A stretch of DNA of 64,000 nucleotides from the NCBI GenBank assembly GCA_035371305.1, contig DAOOWN010000001.1, positions 3,406 through 67,405 on the forward strand, in the 5' to 3' direction. Positions 45,899-56,067 of the stretch are shown piece by piece; positions within the stretch are counted from its first letter, which is position 1; every line of letters starts with the position of its first letter. The position numbers and the translations under genes were made by a program. The notes under the pieces were generated by a model that was given only the letters and a program-made list of their open reading frames with translations, searched no databases and was not told where the DNA came from. Source of the DNA: Bacteroidales bacterium (GTDB lineage Bacteria > Bacteroidota > Bacteroidia > Bacteroidales > GWA2-32-17).

Positions 45899-47766
45899 GG
45901 CATCGGTATTGATAAATTTAGTTCCGTGTCCGATTTGTCCTCTATAATGTCGCCACGAATAATTCTAAAACGTTTTCGAGCTTCGTCTGCATAAAAACTT
46001 CCGGGATATTGGGTAAAAAGTAGTTCAAGGTAATGTTTAGCTTTTTCTACATCATTTAGCTGATATTGATAAAGATTGGCTAATTTATATGCGGCAATGG
46101 GTGCATTGATTTCTGTTTTAAAGCGGGTTAAAACCGTGTCGAACATTACGATGGCTTGATCGAATTTCTTGTTTTTCAGAAAAATATCGCCTTTTCTCAA
46201 AAAAGCATCGTCGTATAAAGAATAAGCATCTTTGTTAATTAAAATGGTGTCTAAACAAAGTAAAGCCAAGCTGTCTAAATGCCTGAACGAATAAAAGTCA
46301 GCATTTGAGAATGTTTTAAGGGTTCGTTGTGAAGAGTCGGCTTCTATGTTTTCATTTATAAATTGTGATAAAGAAAAGGCATCGTTGGCAATTAGTTTAG
46401 AAGTCGATGCTTTTAAAACATCCATTTGTGCTTGTGCCCATAAAAAATCGCCATTGTAATAGGCTAACATGGCTTTTTTGAATTTAGCTTCGTGGGCAAT
46501 GGGCTCGTTGCCATTATTTTTTTCAACTTGGGTGTACAAAATGGTGGCTTCCCAAATATCGTTTTTCATAAGTGTTAGATCGCCTAACAGCAATTTAGCT
46601 TCGCTGATTTGATTCTGTGCAAAAGGTTGGGTGTTTTCACTGACTTTTTTCAATAATTCGATGCTTTCGTCCACCTTTTGTAAATAATAAGCCTTCACTT
46701 TTGCGAGTGCTATAATAACCGAGAACGTGTTTTTGTTTATGCCATTGTTCGACAAGTGTTGTTCTAACGATTTTTCCAACTCAATAATCTTGCTTTTTTC
46801 ATTGACCGGTTCATTTGTTATTTGAAGGTATAATGTAATTAAATATTCGTTTTTAGCTTCAAAATACCAAGTACCTTGAGCACCTTTACTGATGATGTAT
46901 TGATATGCTTTTAAAGCGGTAGCGTAATCTTTATTGGAAACGGCCGTTTGTGCAAGAGAAAAAATTCTGCTTCCATCTTCTTTGTTTCGCTTATCAAGAG
47001 CTATAGCAAAGTTCAAAGCATTGTTAAATTGTAATTGTTGAGAGTATAACCAAATTAAAAGTTCGCTAAAGAGGGTTGCGTCCGGATTTTTTTGAGTTTG
47101 GACAATTAATTTATTCTGCAACAATTGCATAAGCGATTTGTCTTGGCTGGAATAAACACTTTGTTGTAGCCTGTTTTGAACGGTTTGAATCATTTGTGGA
47201 TTTTCGTATAGCAGAGCTATATATTCGTCTATCATTTTTTCGTTCATTTTTTGCATTTGGTAGAGCGATGCCAATTCTAAATGGAAGCTGTATTGCCCTT
47301 TTAGCATTTTTTGCCCTTTTAAATAGGTTATTTCTGCTAATGTAAATTCTTGGTTGCTGATAAAAGCATTTGCTGCCTGAAAATATTGATTAAGATTGAT
47401 ATTTAGCGATTTTATTACGTCATCATACTGTTTTTTCATGGCATCCGAATTGCCTGATAGCTTATATAGGTTTCCCAGCATTATCTTGAGCGAATAGTCG
47501 TCAGGTTTATTTTTTATTTCTTTTTTGATTGATTTTTCGGCTTCGTTAAAGTTTTTAAGTTCTTCTAACGATGCTATGTAATAAGCAAAAAAGTAAGAGT
47601 TGCCCTGATTTTGATACAGTTCGTAAAAGAGCGATGCAGCTTTGTCGTACTCTTTGTTCCTGTAATATTCAAAAGCCAGCTCTTGTTTTTCAGAAGATTG
47701 AGCGAAAGCTCCCAATGCAAAAAGCCATAAAAAAAGAATAACCGTTAAAAAACGATGCATGGACAA
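45895..47766 (-). CDS. Secreted TPR-repeat protein (623 aa)
   Basis: Signal peptide MSMHRFLTVILFLWLFALGAFAQ and many TPR-like A..Y/A..L helices (YDKAASLFYELY.., YATALKAYQYII..). 4-nt overlap with the downstream DMT gene. Confidence 0.7.
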   Translation of the reverse strand: MSMHRFLTVILFLWLFALGAFAQSSEKQELAFEYYRNKEYDKAASLFYELYQNQGNSYFFAYYIASLEELKNFNEAEKSIKKEIKNKPDDYSLKIMLGNLYKLSGNSDAMKKQYDDVIKSLNINLNQYFQAANAFISNQEFTLAEITYLKGQKMLKGQYSFHLELASLYQMQKMNEKMIDEYIALLYENPQMIQTVQNRLQQSVYSSQDKSLMQLLQNKLIVQTQKNPDATLFSELLIWLYSQQLQFNNALNFAIALDKRNKEDGSRIFSLAQTAVSNKDYATALKAYQYIISKGAQGTWYFEAKNEYLITLYLQITNEPVNEKSKIIELEKSLEQHLSNNGINKNTFSVIIALAKVKAYYLQKVDESIELLKKVSENTQPFAQNQISEAKLLLGDLTLMKNDIWEATILYTQVEKNNGNEPIAHEAKFKKAMLAYYNGDFLWAQAQMDVLKASTSKLIANDAFSLSQFINENIEADSSQRTLKTFSNADFYSFRHLDSLALLCLDTILINKDAYSLYDDAFLRKGDIFLKNKKFDQAIVMFDTVLTRFKTEINAPIAAYKLANLYQYQLNDVEKAKHYLELLFTQYPGSFYADEARKRFRIIRGDIIEDKSDTELNLSIPMP

Positions 47767-47793
47767 TGGTTTATTTTTACAAACAAATTAAGG

Positions 47794-48828
47794 TTATAAA
47801 CTGTCTTTCTTTAACTTAACATCAGTCAAATCGAAAATTCCTTGTTCATTTATAAAGAAATTTTCAATGTTGCTGCGAACGATATGTTGACGACTTTGAT
47901 TTTGGTCCGAGATAGCTTTTAAAGTGGCTTTTTCGCCTTCAAAAAGTTTAACATTCTCTTCTAAAAACGAGGTAAGTGTCTCGTTGTCGATATTCATTAC
48001 AATGTCGAGTTGACCATTTTTTAGCATTTCAAGCTGACTTTTCAGTGAACCTACAAAGTATATTTTAACGGTATCGATATAAGGAAGGCAATTTCCTTGT
48101 GCATCTAACTTGAAATAATGAGGATTGCGAACTAAAATCATCGGTTTATCATTTTCTGCAAAGGACAACAATTTAAAAGGACCAATTCCTGTAGTGAAAC
48201 TGGTTTTATACATTTCAAACGCTTCTTTTGGAAAAATTGCTGCAGCCGGATTAGCTAAAAAAGTTAAAAACATGGGATTGGGTTTCACGAGCTTTATAAC
48301 AAAAGTGCTATCGTTTTCAACAATCAATCCTTCGATACTTCCGCTGGTTTTTTTGCTGTCGAAAAATTCTTTTGCTCCCTTTATTTGTTCAACAAGTAAT
48401 GAGTAAGATGTATTTTCTGGAATTTGACTACAGAGCATCGTAAACGAAAATAACACATCCTGGGCTGTTACTTTTCTTCCTTTTTCATTTTTAAAACACT
48501 TATCGTCATGGAAATATGCATGGGTGTTTAAATAAAAACGATAGGTTGTTTCGTCTTGGTCTGTTTCCCATCTGTCGGCTAATCCCGGTTTAATGCTTAG
48601 TGTAGCTACATCGAATTTAACTAAGCCTTCGTGAATTAATGAAACAATTTGATTTGCAGATACATTATTTATCGACAAAGGGAATAATGACGGTACGGTT
48701 GAGGTTACGCCTATGTTTATAGTACCGTAAGCATCACTGTTTTTACAGGTATTATTGTTTTCGGTATTGCTGCACGAGGTTAAATAAAATACAGCAATTA
48801 TCAGGTTAAGTAAAAAAAAATGATTCAT
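47794..48828 (-). CDS. Family-5 (peptide/nickel type) ABC substrate-binding-protein-like lipoprotein, short form
   Basis: Lipobox-like ..YLTSCS. LADRWE...D.TTYRF.L, the F.DG..VTA.DV.FSF style motif (FHDDKCF...KVTAQDVLFSF), NP.YF. At 344 aa it is shorter than I expect for this family. No permease or ATPase genes are nearby. Confidence 0.6.
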   Translation of the reverse strand: MNHFFLLNLIIAVFYLTSCSNTENNNTCKNSDAYGTINIGVTSTVPSLFPLSINNVSANQIVSLIHEGLVKFDVATLSIKPGLADRWETDQDETTYRFYLNTHAYFHDDKCFKNEKGRKVTAQDVLFSFTMLCSQIPENTSYSLLVEQIKGAKEFFDSKKTSGSIEGLIVENDSTFVIKLVKPNPMFLTFLANPAAAIFPKEAFEMYKTSFTTGIGPFKLLSFAENDKPMILVRNPHYFKLDAQGNCLPYIDTVKIYFVGSLKSQLEMLKNGQLDIVMNIDNETLTSFLEENVKLFEGEKATLKAISDQNQSRQHIVRSNIENFFINEQGIFDLTDVKLKKDSL

Positions 48829-48981
48829 AGGTTGTTTCTTTTTACAAAAATAACTATTTTTGTTGAAACATTAAAGGTTTTTTGTGTGATTAAAAAAAAT
48901 AAATAAATTTTTTTAAAAAAATTTTGCATTGAAAAATAATTTAACCTATATTCGTTGTTTAAAAGTAAATACGTTTTGCCA

Positions 48982-49770
48982 ATGAAACGATTTTTGTTTA
49001 GTATGCTGATTATTACTCTTTTGCAAACAAATATGTTTGCAGGAGAGATTATCATAGATGGTATTTTTCAGGGTAAAAACATATATGTAATGAATCCATT
49101 CGCATCTTCGGGTGTCGGATTCTGTGTATATGAAGTTACCGTTAACGGAAAAGTATCTACCGATGAAATCAATTCAAGTGCTTTTGAAATAGACCTTTCT
49201 ATTTATCAATTTAATGTAGGCGATAAAGTTACAATTTCTATTAAACACAAAGACAATTGCGTTCCTAAAGTGCTAAATCCGGAAGTTTTAAAACCCAAAA
49301 GCACATTTAATACTACCAGTATCGAAGTTACAAGAGACGGAATGCTAAAATGGACTACGAGTGGTGAATCAGGTAAATTGCCTTTTATTGTTGAACAATA
49401 TCGTTGGAATAAATGGATAAAGTTAGATGAAGTGGAAGGGAAAGGGACATCCGGTTCTAATTCATATCAAGTAAAAGTTTCTCCGCATTCCGGAAACAAT
49501 AAATTTAGAGTTAAGCAAGTAGATTATACTAAAAAACCTCGTTATAGTCAAGATGTGCTTTTTAAGTCCTTACAACCGCCTGTTACTATTACAAGCAAGA
49601 AATTTGATACTGAAATAACTTTCAGTGGCGAAACCATGTACGAAATCTACGATTACTATGGCAATCGCATCTTAAAAGGCGTTGGTTCTAAAGTTGATAT
49701 TTCAGGTTTAAAGAAAGGCGAATATTTTATCAATTACGACAACACCATGGATCAGTTTAAGAAGAAATAA
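48982..49770 (+). CDS. Secreted hypothetical protein (beta-rich)
   Basis: Signal peptide MKRFLFSMLIITLLQTNMFA. No family recognised. Start moved from TTG 48955 to ATG 48982. Confidence 0.5.
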   Translation: MKRFLFSMLIITLLQTNMFAGEIIIDGIFQGKNIYVMNPFASSGVGFCVYEVTVNGKVSTDEINSSAFEIDLSIYQFNVGDKVTISIKHKDNCVPKVLNPEVLKPKSTFNTTSIEVTRDGMLKWTTSGESGKLPFIVEQYRWNKWIKLDEVEGKGTSGSNSYQVKVSPHSGNNKFRVKQVDYTKKPRYSQDVLFKSLQPPVTITSKKFDTEITFSGETMYEIYDYYGNRILKGVGSKVDISGLKKGEYFINYDNTMDQFKKK

Positions 49771-49800
49771 AAATAAGTTATACATTATTTAATATAGTAT

Positions 49801-49835
49801 AAAGAGTTCATGGTACCATGAACTCTTTTTGTTTT
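49801..49835 (+). terminator. Rho-independent terminator (perfect 28-nt palindrome)
   Basis: AAAGAGTTCATGGTACCATGAACTCTTT followed by TTGTTTT. Confidence 0.8.
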
Positions 49836-49966
49836 CACTCATTTCTCGATTTTATAAATCAAAGTACAATCATTTCATTTCGGCATGATCAAGATAATAA
49901 TCGGGCTGTTTTCAGAAAATTATTCTAATATACTTTCAGACCACAATATGGCCATCATCTAAAAAA

Positions 49967-51931
49967 TTAAATACCTTCGTATAAAATTCGAACAATTTGA
50001 GTAGCATGACGGTTAATGGCTTGCATTAATCCCAATAACTCAATATGTGTTTTACTGCTTTGCAACGTTTTATCAGCATGTTCCATTAAACGCGAGAAAT
50101 GACTTTTTTCGAGCTCGATAGCTAATTTTATATTTTCTTTTTCTTTGTTTTTTATCTTGGCTGCTTTATATTCATTATACGTTGCCATTACATCTACAAC
50201 CATCGAAATCAATTTAAAACAACGCAAATGATATTCCAATAACTCTTGTTTGCCTTGTTCACTAAAATCATAATTGTTTTCAATCCAATAGCGTGCTTTA
50301 GGAAGTAAATTGGTGTCAATAATATCTCCAATCTCTTCCAGTTCTTTAACAATGGCTAAAAGTTTAAAGGAATCTTTTATGATGTCTTCCGTAACATTTT
50401 GTTTGTTTAGTTGCAATAAAAACTCTGTTATACTATCGCGAAGCATGTTTACAGCTTTCTCTTCTTTTTCCAGTTCCAGCAACAATTTTTTATCTTTATT
50501 GATAAATAAGGGCAATAATTTACGAACCATTTCTTTTACAATATTTGACATGTGCATGGTTTCTTTTTTTGCCAATAATAAAGCGATGGATGGGGTTTTA
50601 AGCGACGACTCGTTAATATATTTTGCTTGTAATAAATATTGTCCGTTACCATTTGTTTTTACAAACTTCTTTAATCGCTTATACATAAAGGATAAGAAAG
50701 GACTAAATAAAAGCGTTAAAATGATATACATAATGGTATGGGCATTTGCAATTAAATGTGGTAAATTAACTGAGTGAGAGAAGTAAGATGAAATAGCAAT
50801 AACCCACTTTGTATAAACAGGAATCCAAAACACAAAAAGAGTAGCTCCAATAATTCGGTAAATCAAATGAAAATATGCGGTCCATTTTGCTTCTGACGAA
50901 ACATTGCCGGTGGCTAAAAGTACCGGTACCGAAGTCCCGATATTTGAGCCAATAAACAAGGCAATGGATGCTTCCAGTGAAATAAGATTAAGAGATCCCA
51001 ACATTATAAGTATCCCTATAAATGCACTGGCACTTTGGGTAATTGATGTAAAAAGAATTCCAACCAATACTGCCCAAAATGGATTTGACATTTGACCTAA
51101 AAAATGAAGAATCTCAGGAACCATTTTAATCGTTACGGCTGCTTCCGACATTATTTGCAACCCTAAATACAACAGCCCTAAACCGGTAAATACTTGTCCC
51201 ATTCTTTTAAGAAACGCCCTCTTGGTTAAAAAAGAAAGTACAAAACCTATGGCAATTAAAAACAACGAATAAGCATTGATTTGTAACGCTATAATTTGCA
51301 ATGTAATAGTAGTTCCCAGTGCAGCACCTACAACGATTCCCAACGATTGCCTAAATGACATCAATTGATTGTCTATGAGCTTTATTAGAAAAATACTTAC
51401 AGCCGAGCTGCTTTGCATTACAGTTGTTAGTACCACACCGGTATTAATAGAAGTAATCGCATTTCTTGAAAATCGCTGAATATATTTATGTAGCCGATGT
51501 CCCATTAATCGTATAAAGCCATCGCTCATATAATTAATACCAAATAAAAACAATCCCAAGCCACCGATTATGCCAAATAATGTCCAAAGCCACCACACTG
51601 GCGAGCGTACGATAATAGCTATTTCTGTAAGCGTTGTTTCATTAGATTTAATTACCTCGACAATTAAGGTATAATTTCTACTTTGCTTAAAATTCTTAAT
51701 TAAGAAAATGCCTTTATTTATTCGATAAAAACAAATTTCTTTATTTGAAGATAGCAAAAAGATACTATCCGCCGAATAATTAGTACAATCGATAAGTAAA
51801 CTATCGGTTGTATTTGAGATAAAAATACTATCGGAGCTTTTATATAGTGGAGGCGAATAAATCACAATACTTGCCTGCAAATCAGACAAATATCCAATAA
51901 TTAAGAAAAAAATAATGAAGAATATGCGCAT
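49967..51931 (-). CDS. Na+/phosphate cotransporter family protein (NptA-like) with PhoU-like C-terminal domain and extra N-terminal domain
   Basis: LFLFGINYMSDGF..L.G..L, two Na_Pi_cotrans-like TM repeats, and a C-terminal helical PhoU-like region. The first ~105 aa (signal-like helix plus beta-rich segment) precede the canonical first TM. Confidence 0.85.
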   Translation of the reverse strand: MRIFFIIFFLIIGYLSDLQASIVIYSPPLYKSSDSIFISNTTDSLLIDCTNYSADSIFLLSSNKEICFYRINKGIFLIKNFKQSRNYTLIVEVIKSNETTLTEIAIIVRSPVWWLWTLFGIIGGLGLFLFGINYMSDGFIRLMGHRLHKYIQRFSRNAITSINTGVVLTTVMQSSSAVSIFLIKLIDNQLMSFRQSLGIVVGAALGTTITLQIIALQINAYSLFLIAIGFVLSFLTKRAFLKRMGQVFTGLGLLYLGLQIMSEAAVTIKMVPEILHFLGQMSNPFWAVLVGILFTSITQSASAFIGILIMLGSLNLISLEASIALFIGSNIGTSVPVLLATGNVSSEAKWTAYFHLIYRIIGATLFVFWIPVYTKWVIAISSYFSHSVNLPHLIANAHTIMYIILTLLFSPFLSFMYKRLKKFVKTNGNGQYLLQAKYINESSLKTPSIALLLAKKETMHMSNIVKEMVRKLLPLFINKDKKLLLELEKEEKAVNMLRDSITEFLLQLNKQNVTEDIIKDSFKLLAIVKELEEIGDIIDTNLLPKARYWIENNYDFSEQGKQELLEYHLRCFKLISMVVDVMATYNEYKAAKIKNKEKENIKLAIELEKSHFSRLMEHADKTLQSSKTHIELLGLMQAINRHATQIVRILYEGI

Positions 51932-51932
51932 A

Positions 51933-52247
51933 TTATATTAAACCTAAATCGAGCATAGCACTATCGCTCATCATGCTTTTATCCCATGGTGGGTCAAAAA
52001 CAATGTTTAGCATAACAGATGAGACGCCTTCAATTGCTTTGGTTTTATCGTATATTTCCTGCAACATGCTATCAACCATTGGGCAATTGGGCGATGTAAG
52101 TGTCATTTTTATTTCAACTTTGGCATCGTCGTCTATAATAATTTCGTAAATTAGACCTAATTCGTAAATGTTAACCGGGATTTCGGGGTCGAAAACGGTT
52201 TTTAAGGTCTCAACCACTTTTGCCGATAATTCGTCTTTGTTTACCAT
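51933..52247 (-). CDS. DUF59 / SufT-like Fe-S cluster assembly protein
   Basis: V.E.LKTVFDPEIPVNIYELGLIY...V.I.MTLTSPNCPM. Length 104 aa. Located downstream of sufE. Confidence 0.85.
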   Translation of the reverse strand: MVNKDELSAKVVETLKTVFDPEIPVNIYELGLIYEIIIDDDAKVEIKMTLTSPNCPMVDSMLQEIYDKTKAIEGVSSVMLNIVFDPPWDKSMMSDSAMLDLGLI

Positions 52248-52250
52248 AAT

Positions 52251-52679
52251 CTAAAGATTGTATTTGGTTTTATATGCTAAAGCATACATTTTTATTTGTT
52301 TAATCATTGAAAGTAATCCGTTTGATCGTGTGGGCGATAAGTGCGAAGCTAAGCCTATTTTTTCGACAAACCAGAGTTCGGTCGTTAAAATATCCTGCGG
52401 TGACTGTCCGGATAACACCCTAAGCAATAAAGCTATGATGCCTTTTGTTATAATGGCATCGCTATCGGCATAAAAATATATTTTACCGTCTATATACTCG
52501 GCTCCAAGCCAAACTTGCGATTGACAACCTTGAATCAGATGCTCTTTTGTTCTGTATTCTTCCTTAAATGGTTGCAACGTTTTGGCAAGTTCAATGATGT
52601 AATTGTATTTTTCCATCCAGTCGCCAAATGCCTCAAATTCTTGTACTATTTCGTTTTGTAATTCTTCTATTGTTTTCAT
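52251..52679 (-). CDS. sufE: SufE family sulfur acceptor
   Basis: ..GCQSQVWL.. (active Cys), D.. IT.G..ALL, ..LSP.R.NGL..M. Length 142 aa. Confidence 0.88.
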   Translation of the reverse strand: MKTIEELQNEIVQEFEAFGDWMEKYNYIIELAKTLQPFKEEYRTKEHLIQGCQSQVWLGAEYIDGKIYFYADSDAIITKGIIALLLRVLSGQSPQDILTTELWFVEKIGLASHLSPTRSNGLLSMIKQIKMYALAYKTKYNL

Positions 52680-53896
52680 TAAGCGAATAATTTTTTTACT
52701 TTTTCTAATGATTCTATTAAGTAATCTACTTCTTCTTTCGTATTATAAAAACTAAATGAAGCCCTAACGGTTCCATCAATTCCAAAAAATTTCATCAATG
52801 GTTGTGTGCAATGATTACCGGTTCTGACTGCAATGTCCATTTTGTCAAGCATCATACCGCAATCAAAGGGGTGAATCTTTCCCAAAAGAAATGAAATAAT
52901 GCTTGCTCTCTTTTCAGCGGTGCCAATCAGCCTGATTCCTTCTACAGATTGTATTTTGGTCAATGCATAGCGATATAATTCGTCTTCGTAATTCAATAAA
53001 TCTTGTCTGCCTTTTTCATCTAAATATTTTAATGCAGTTGCTAATCCTACTGCGCCAATAAAATTGGTAGTTCCGGCTTCGAACTTAAATGGCAAATCGT
53101 TGTATATTGTTTTTTCAAATGTTACAGTTTTAATCATATCTCCACCGCCTTTATATGGGGGTAATTTTTCTAACCAGCTTTCTTTCCCGTACAGGATACC
53201 AATTCCAGTTGGTCCGTATATTTTATGTCCCGAAAAAACATAAAAATCACAATCTAAGGCTTGCACATCGACCATTTGATGTTGAATTCCTTGTGCACCA
53301 TCAATCATTACCGGTATGTTGCGGGCATGTGCATAATTAATAATTTCTTCTATGGGATTGATGGTTCCTAGGCTGTTTGAAATATGGCTTACCGCAATTA
53401 ATTTTGTTTTTTCATTTACCAACGAATTTAATGCGACTAAATTCCATTCGCCACTAAATTTTAAAGGCAATACTTTTAGCACTGCTTTTTTTCGTTCGCA
53501 AAGCATTTGCCAAGGCACGATATTACTATGATGTTCCGATTCTGAAACAATAATTTCGTCTCCGGCATTGATAAATGCTTCGCCAAATGAAAAGGCCAAT
53601 AAATTAATAGATTCAGTTGTTCCGGATGTAAAAATAATTTCGTGACTGTGTTTTGCATTAATGAATTTTTTAACCGAATTGCGAGCGTTTTCGTATGCCT
53701 CCGTCATCTTTTCACTTAAAAAATGTACCCCCCTGTGAATATTACTATTGTACTTAGAATAGAATTCGGAAGTAATATCAATTACTTGATTTGGTTTTTG
53801 AGTAGTAGCGGCATTATCTAAATAAACAATGGTTCTGTGATATGATTTTTGATGTAAAATCGGAAAATCATTTCGTATAGCTTCTATATCAATCAT
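52679..53896 (-). CDS. sufS: Cysteine desulfurase, SufS type
   Basis: YLDNAATTQKP, HRG.H, SGHKIYGPTGIGILYGK (PLP Lys), RTGNHCTQPL (active Cys). Length 405 aa. Confidence 0.93.
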   Translation of the reverse strand: MIDIEAIRNDFPILHQKSYHRTIVYLDNAATTQKPNQVIDITSEFYSKYNSNIHRGVHFLSEKMTEAYENARNSVKKFINAKHSHEIIFTSGTTESINLLAFSFGEAFINAGDEIIVSESEHHSNIVPWQMLCERKKAVLKVLPLKFSGEWNLVALNSLVNEKTKLIAVSHISNSLGTINPIEEIINYAHARNIPVMIDGAQGIQHQMVDVQALDCDFYVFSGHKIYGPTGIGILYGKESWLEKLPPYKGGGDMIKTVTFEKTIYNDLPFKFEAGTTNFIGAVGLATALKYLDEKGRQDLLNYEDELYRYALTKIQSVEGIRLIGTAEKRASIISFLLGKIHPFDCGMMLDKMDIAVRTGNHCTQPLMKFFGIDGTVRASFSFYNTKEEVDYLIESLEKVKKLFA

Positions 53897-53980
53897 TCTA
53901 TTGTTTTTATTTATGTGTGCAAGTTAAAAATTTTTGTTTGAAAAAAGAAAGAGCCCCTTTCAACAGATTAAAATTAACAA

Positions 53981-54006
53981 ATAAAGCCGCAAAAAGCGGC
54001 TTTATT
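53981..54006 (-). terminator. Rho-independent terminator of gcvH
   Basis: ATAAAGCCGC-AAAAA-GCGGCTTTAT palindrome. On the minus strand it is followed by TTGTTAATTTT. Confidence 0.7.
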
Positions 54007-54027
54007 AAATCGTTTGAAACAAACAGA

Positions 54028-54405
54028 TTAACCTAATTGAGCTTGATATTGCTCAGGGGTTAATAATTCGTTGTATTCTGATTCGTTTGTAATCTCAATT
54101 TTTATCATCCATCCTTCACCATAGGGGTCTTTATTTATTAAATCGGGATTAGAATCTAATTTTTCATTTTTTTCTATAACTTTTCCCGAAACAGGCATGT
54201 AGGAGTCAGAAACGGTTTTAACAGCTTCAATGGTACCAAAAGCTTCACCTTTTGATAAATTTTCGCCAACTGTTTCAATTTCAACAAAAACTACATCACC
54301 TAATTCGCCTTGAGCGAAATCAGTAACGCCTACATAACCAATATTACCTTCTTTTCTGATCCATTCATGATCTTTGGTGTACTTTAAATTTGCCGGAATA
54401 TTCAT
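54028..54405 (-). CDS. gcvH: Glycine cleavage system protein H
   Basis: Y..DHEW, GVTDFAQ.ELGD.VFVE, and the lipoyl-Lys context IEAVKTVSD. Length 125 aa. Confidence 0.95.
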   Translation of the reverse strand: MNIPANLKYTKDHEWIRKEGNIGYVGVTDFAQGELGDVVFVEIETVGENLSKGEAFGTIEAVKTVSDSYMPVSGKVIEKNEKLDSNPDLINKDPYGEGWMIKIEITNESEYNELLTPEQYQAQLG

Positions 54406-54495
54406 TTTCTTTAGATTTTAAATTTTAACGTTTCAAAGGTATATATTTTTACAATACATTAATCATGCTTTTTATCATTGAAAAAAAAAATATAC

Positions 54496-54503
54496 TATCT
54501 TTG
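54496..54503 (+). promoter_or_regulatory. Candidate -7 box (TATCTTTG) for fumC
   Basis: Exact TAnnTTTG, 25 nt upstream of the ATG at 54529. Confidence 0.4.
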
Positions 54504-54528
54504 ATAAAATATTTAAACATTTCAAGCT

Positions 54529-55908
54529 ATGCGTTTAGAAAAAGACACAATGGGAACAGTTGAAGTCCCTTCCGATAAATATTGGGGTGCTCAAACTCAA
54601 CGTTCAGTTAACAATTTTAAGATTGGTGGCGATATTATGCCCATAGAAATAATAGTTGCAATGGCCATTGTAAAAAAAGCTGCTGCCATAACGAATTTTG
54701 AACTCGGTAAATTACCAGAAGACAAAATGAAGTTAATTGTTCAGGTTTGTGATGAAATAACGAATGGCCAATTAAACGAACACTTTCCACTTGTTGTATG
54801 GCAAACAGGAAGCGGTACTCAAACAAACATGAACCTTAATGAGGTTATTGCTAACAGAGCACACGTGATAATGGGAAATAAATTAGGCGAAGGTAAAACA
54901 TACTTGCATCCCAACGACGATGTGAATAAATCACAGAGTTCTAATGACACATTCCCCACTGCTATGCATATTGCAGCATATCAAGTGTTAATTAAAAAGA
55001 CCATTCCGGCGCTACAACTTCTGGAAGAAACGTTAAAACAAAAATCGGAAGCATTTAAAGATATTATCAAAATTGGACGCACACATTGGATGGATGCCAC
55101 GCCCCTAACGCTTGGTCAAGAATTTTCGGGATATGTTGCCATGCTACATCATTCTATAGAAGCATTACAAAACACATTACCTCACTTATCCGAGTTAGCA
55201 TTAGGTGGCACTGCCGTAGGAACCGGGCTTAATGCACCAAAAGGTTTTGCGGTTAGGGTAGCTCAGGTTATTGCTGAGTTAACAGAAATTCCCTTCAAAA
55301 CGGCCGAAAATAAATTTGAATCTTTGGCATCGCACAATCCAATGGTTGAGTTAAGCGGCGCTTTAAAACAAACAGCTTCGGTTTTAAACAAAATTGCAAA
55401 CGACATCAGAATCATGGCTTCCGGTCCTCGAAGCGGTATCGGCGAATTAATTATTCCAGAAAACGAACCCGGAAGTTCTATTATGCCGGGTAAGGTAAAT
55501 CCAACTCAAATAGAAGCTCTAACTATGGTTTGTTTGCAAGTTATAGCAAATGACACCGCCATTACGCTCGGCGATATGAATGGATTTTTTGAATTAAATG
55601 TGTATAAGCCGCTCATTATTTATAATTTGCTTCGCTCTCTGCACTTACTTGCCGACGCATGTGTTTCATTCAACGATAATTGTGCTGTTGGAATTGAACC
55701 CAATTTGCCATTGCTTAAAAACCACCTTGAAAAATCATTAATGCTTGTAACAGCGCTCAACCCACATATAGGCTATGAGAACGCTGCTAAAATTGCTAAA
55801 AAAGCTCATTCAGAAAATAAAACATTGCGACAGGCTGCCATTGAATTAGGTTTTGTTACAAACGAGCAATTTGACCAATGGGTTAACCCTCAAAATATGA
55901 TTCGTTGA
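54529..55908 (+). CDS. fumC: Class II fumarate hydratase
   Basis: [21 protein letters not shown], and the [13 protein letters not shown] signature. Length 459 aa. Confidence 0.95.
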   Translation: MRLEKDTMGTVEVPSDKYWGAQTQRSVNNFKIGGDIMPIEIIVAMAIVKKAAAITNFELGKLPEDKMKLIVQVCDEITNGQLNEHFPLVVWQTGSGTQTNMNLNEVIANRAHVIMGNKLGEGKTYLHPNDDVNKSQSSNDTFPTAMHIAAYQVLIKKTIPALQLLEETLKQKSEAFKDIIKIGRTHWMDATPLTLGQEFSGYVAMLHHSIEALQNTLPHLSELALGGTAVGTGLNAPKGFAVRVAQVIAELTEIPFKTAENKFESLASHNPMVELSGALKQTASVLNKIANDIRIMASGPRSGIGELIIPENEPGSSIMPGKVNPTQIEALTMVCLQVIANDTAITLGDMNGFFELNVYKPLIIYNLLRSLHLLADACVSFNDNCAVGIEPNLPLLKNHLEKSLMLVTALNPHIGYENAAKIAKKAHSENKTLRQAAIELGFVTNEQFDQWVNPQNMIR

Positions 55909-56055
55909 TAGCTAAAAAAAAGCTTTATCTATATTTTTAGACAATTCGTCAAGTAATTTATAGTTTTCATCAATTAGCAAAAACTTTATTAAGCGTTTCA
56001 TTGTATAAAAGGTAGAATTTGTCAAATTTTTACGCTTATGCACTTTATTTTAATA

Positions 56056-56063
56056 TAATTTTG
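56056..56063 (+). promoter_or_regulatory. Candidate -7 box (TAATTTTG)
   Basis: Exact TAnnTTTG, only 4 nt before the ATG at 56068. If functional, translation more likely starts at the next Met (56077) on a near-leaderless mRNA. Confidence 0.3.
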
Positions 56064-56067
56064 TAGC

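Noticed and set aside
48825-49055. 76-aa minus-strand ORF spanning the 48829-48981 intergenic region
   Set aside because: It overlaps the start of the better-supported plus-strand secreted protein gene and the promoter region. Its composition is Ile/Asn/Phe/Lys-rich and typical of AT-rich non-coding DNA.
49836-49966. 130-nt unannotated spacer between the palindromic terminator and the end of the Na/Pi transporter gene. Checked as a possible small RNA or peptide gene.
   Set aside because: I could see no ORF, no convincing stem-loops beyond the terminator, and no promoter box. It is left unannotated.
50310-50777. 155-aa plus-strand ORF inside the Na/Pi transporter gene. Similar antisense or alternate-frame ORFs lie at 59698-60141, 21026-21334, 10842-11183, 34783-35091, 9582-9872, 32028-32309 and elsewhere.
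   Set aside because: They lie entirely within well-supported genes, have low-complexity or hydrophobic junk-like composition (e.g. SSSSLTMAKS, FSSFSSSSNNF) and show no family resemblance. They are typical shadow ORFs of AT-rich DNA.
54406-54528. Glycine riboswitch upstream of gcvH
   Set aside because: The leader, read on the minus strand, is almost pure A/T and lacks the conserved GGAGAG...CACCG-type cores of glycine riboswitch aptamers.
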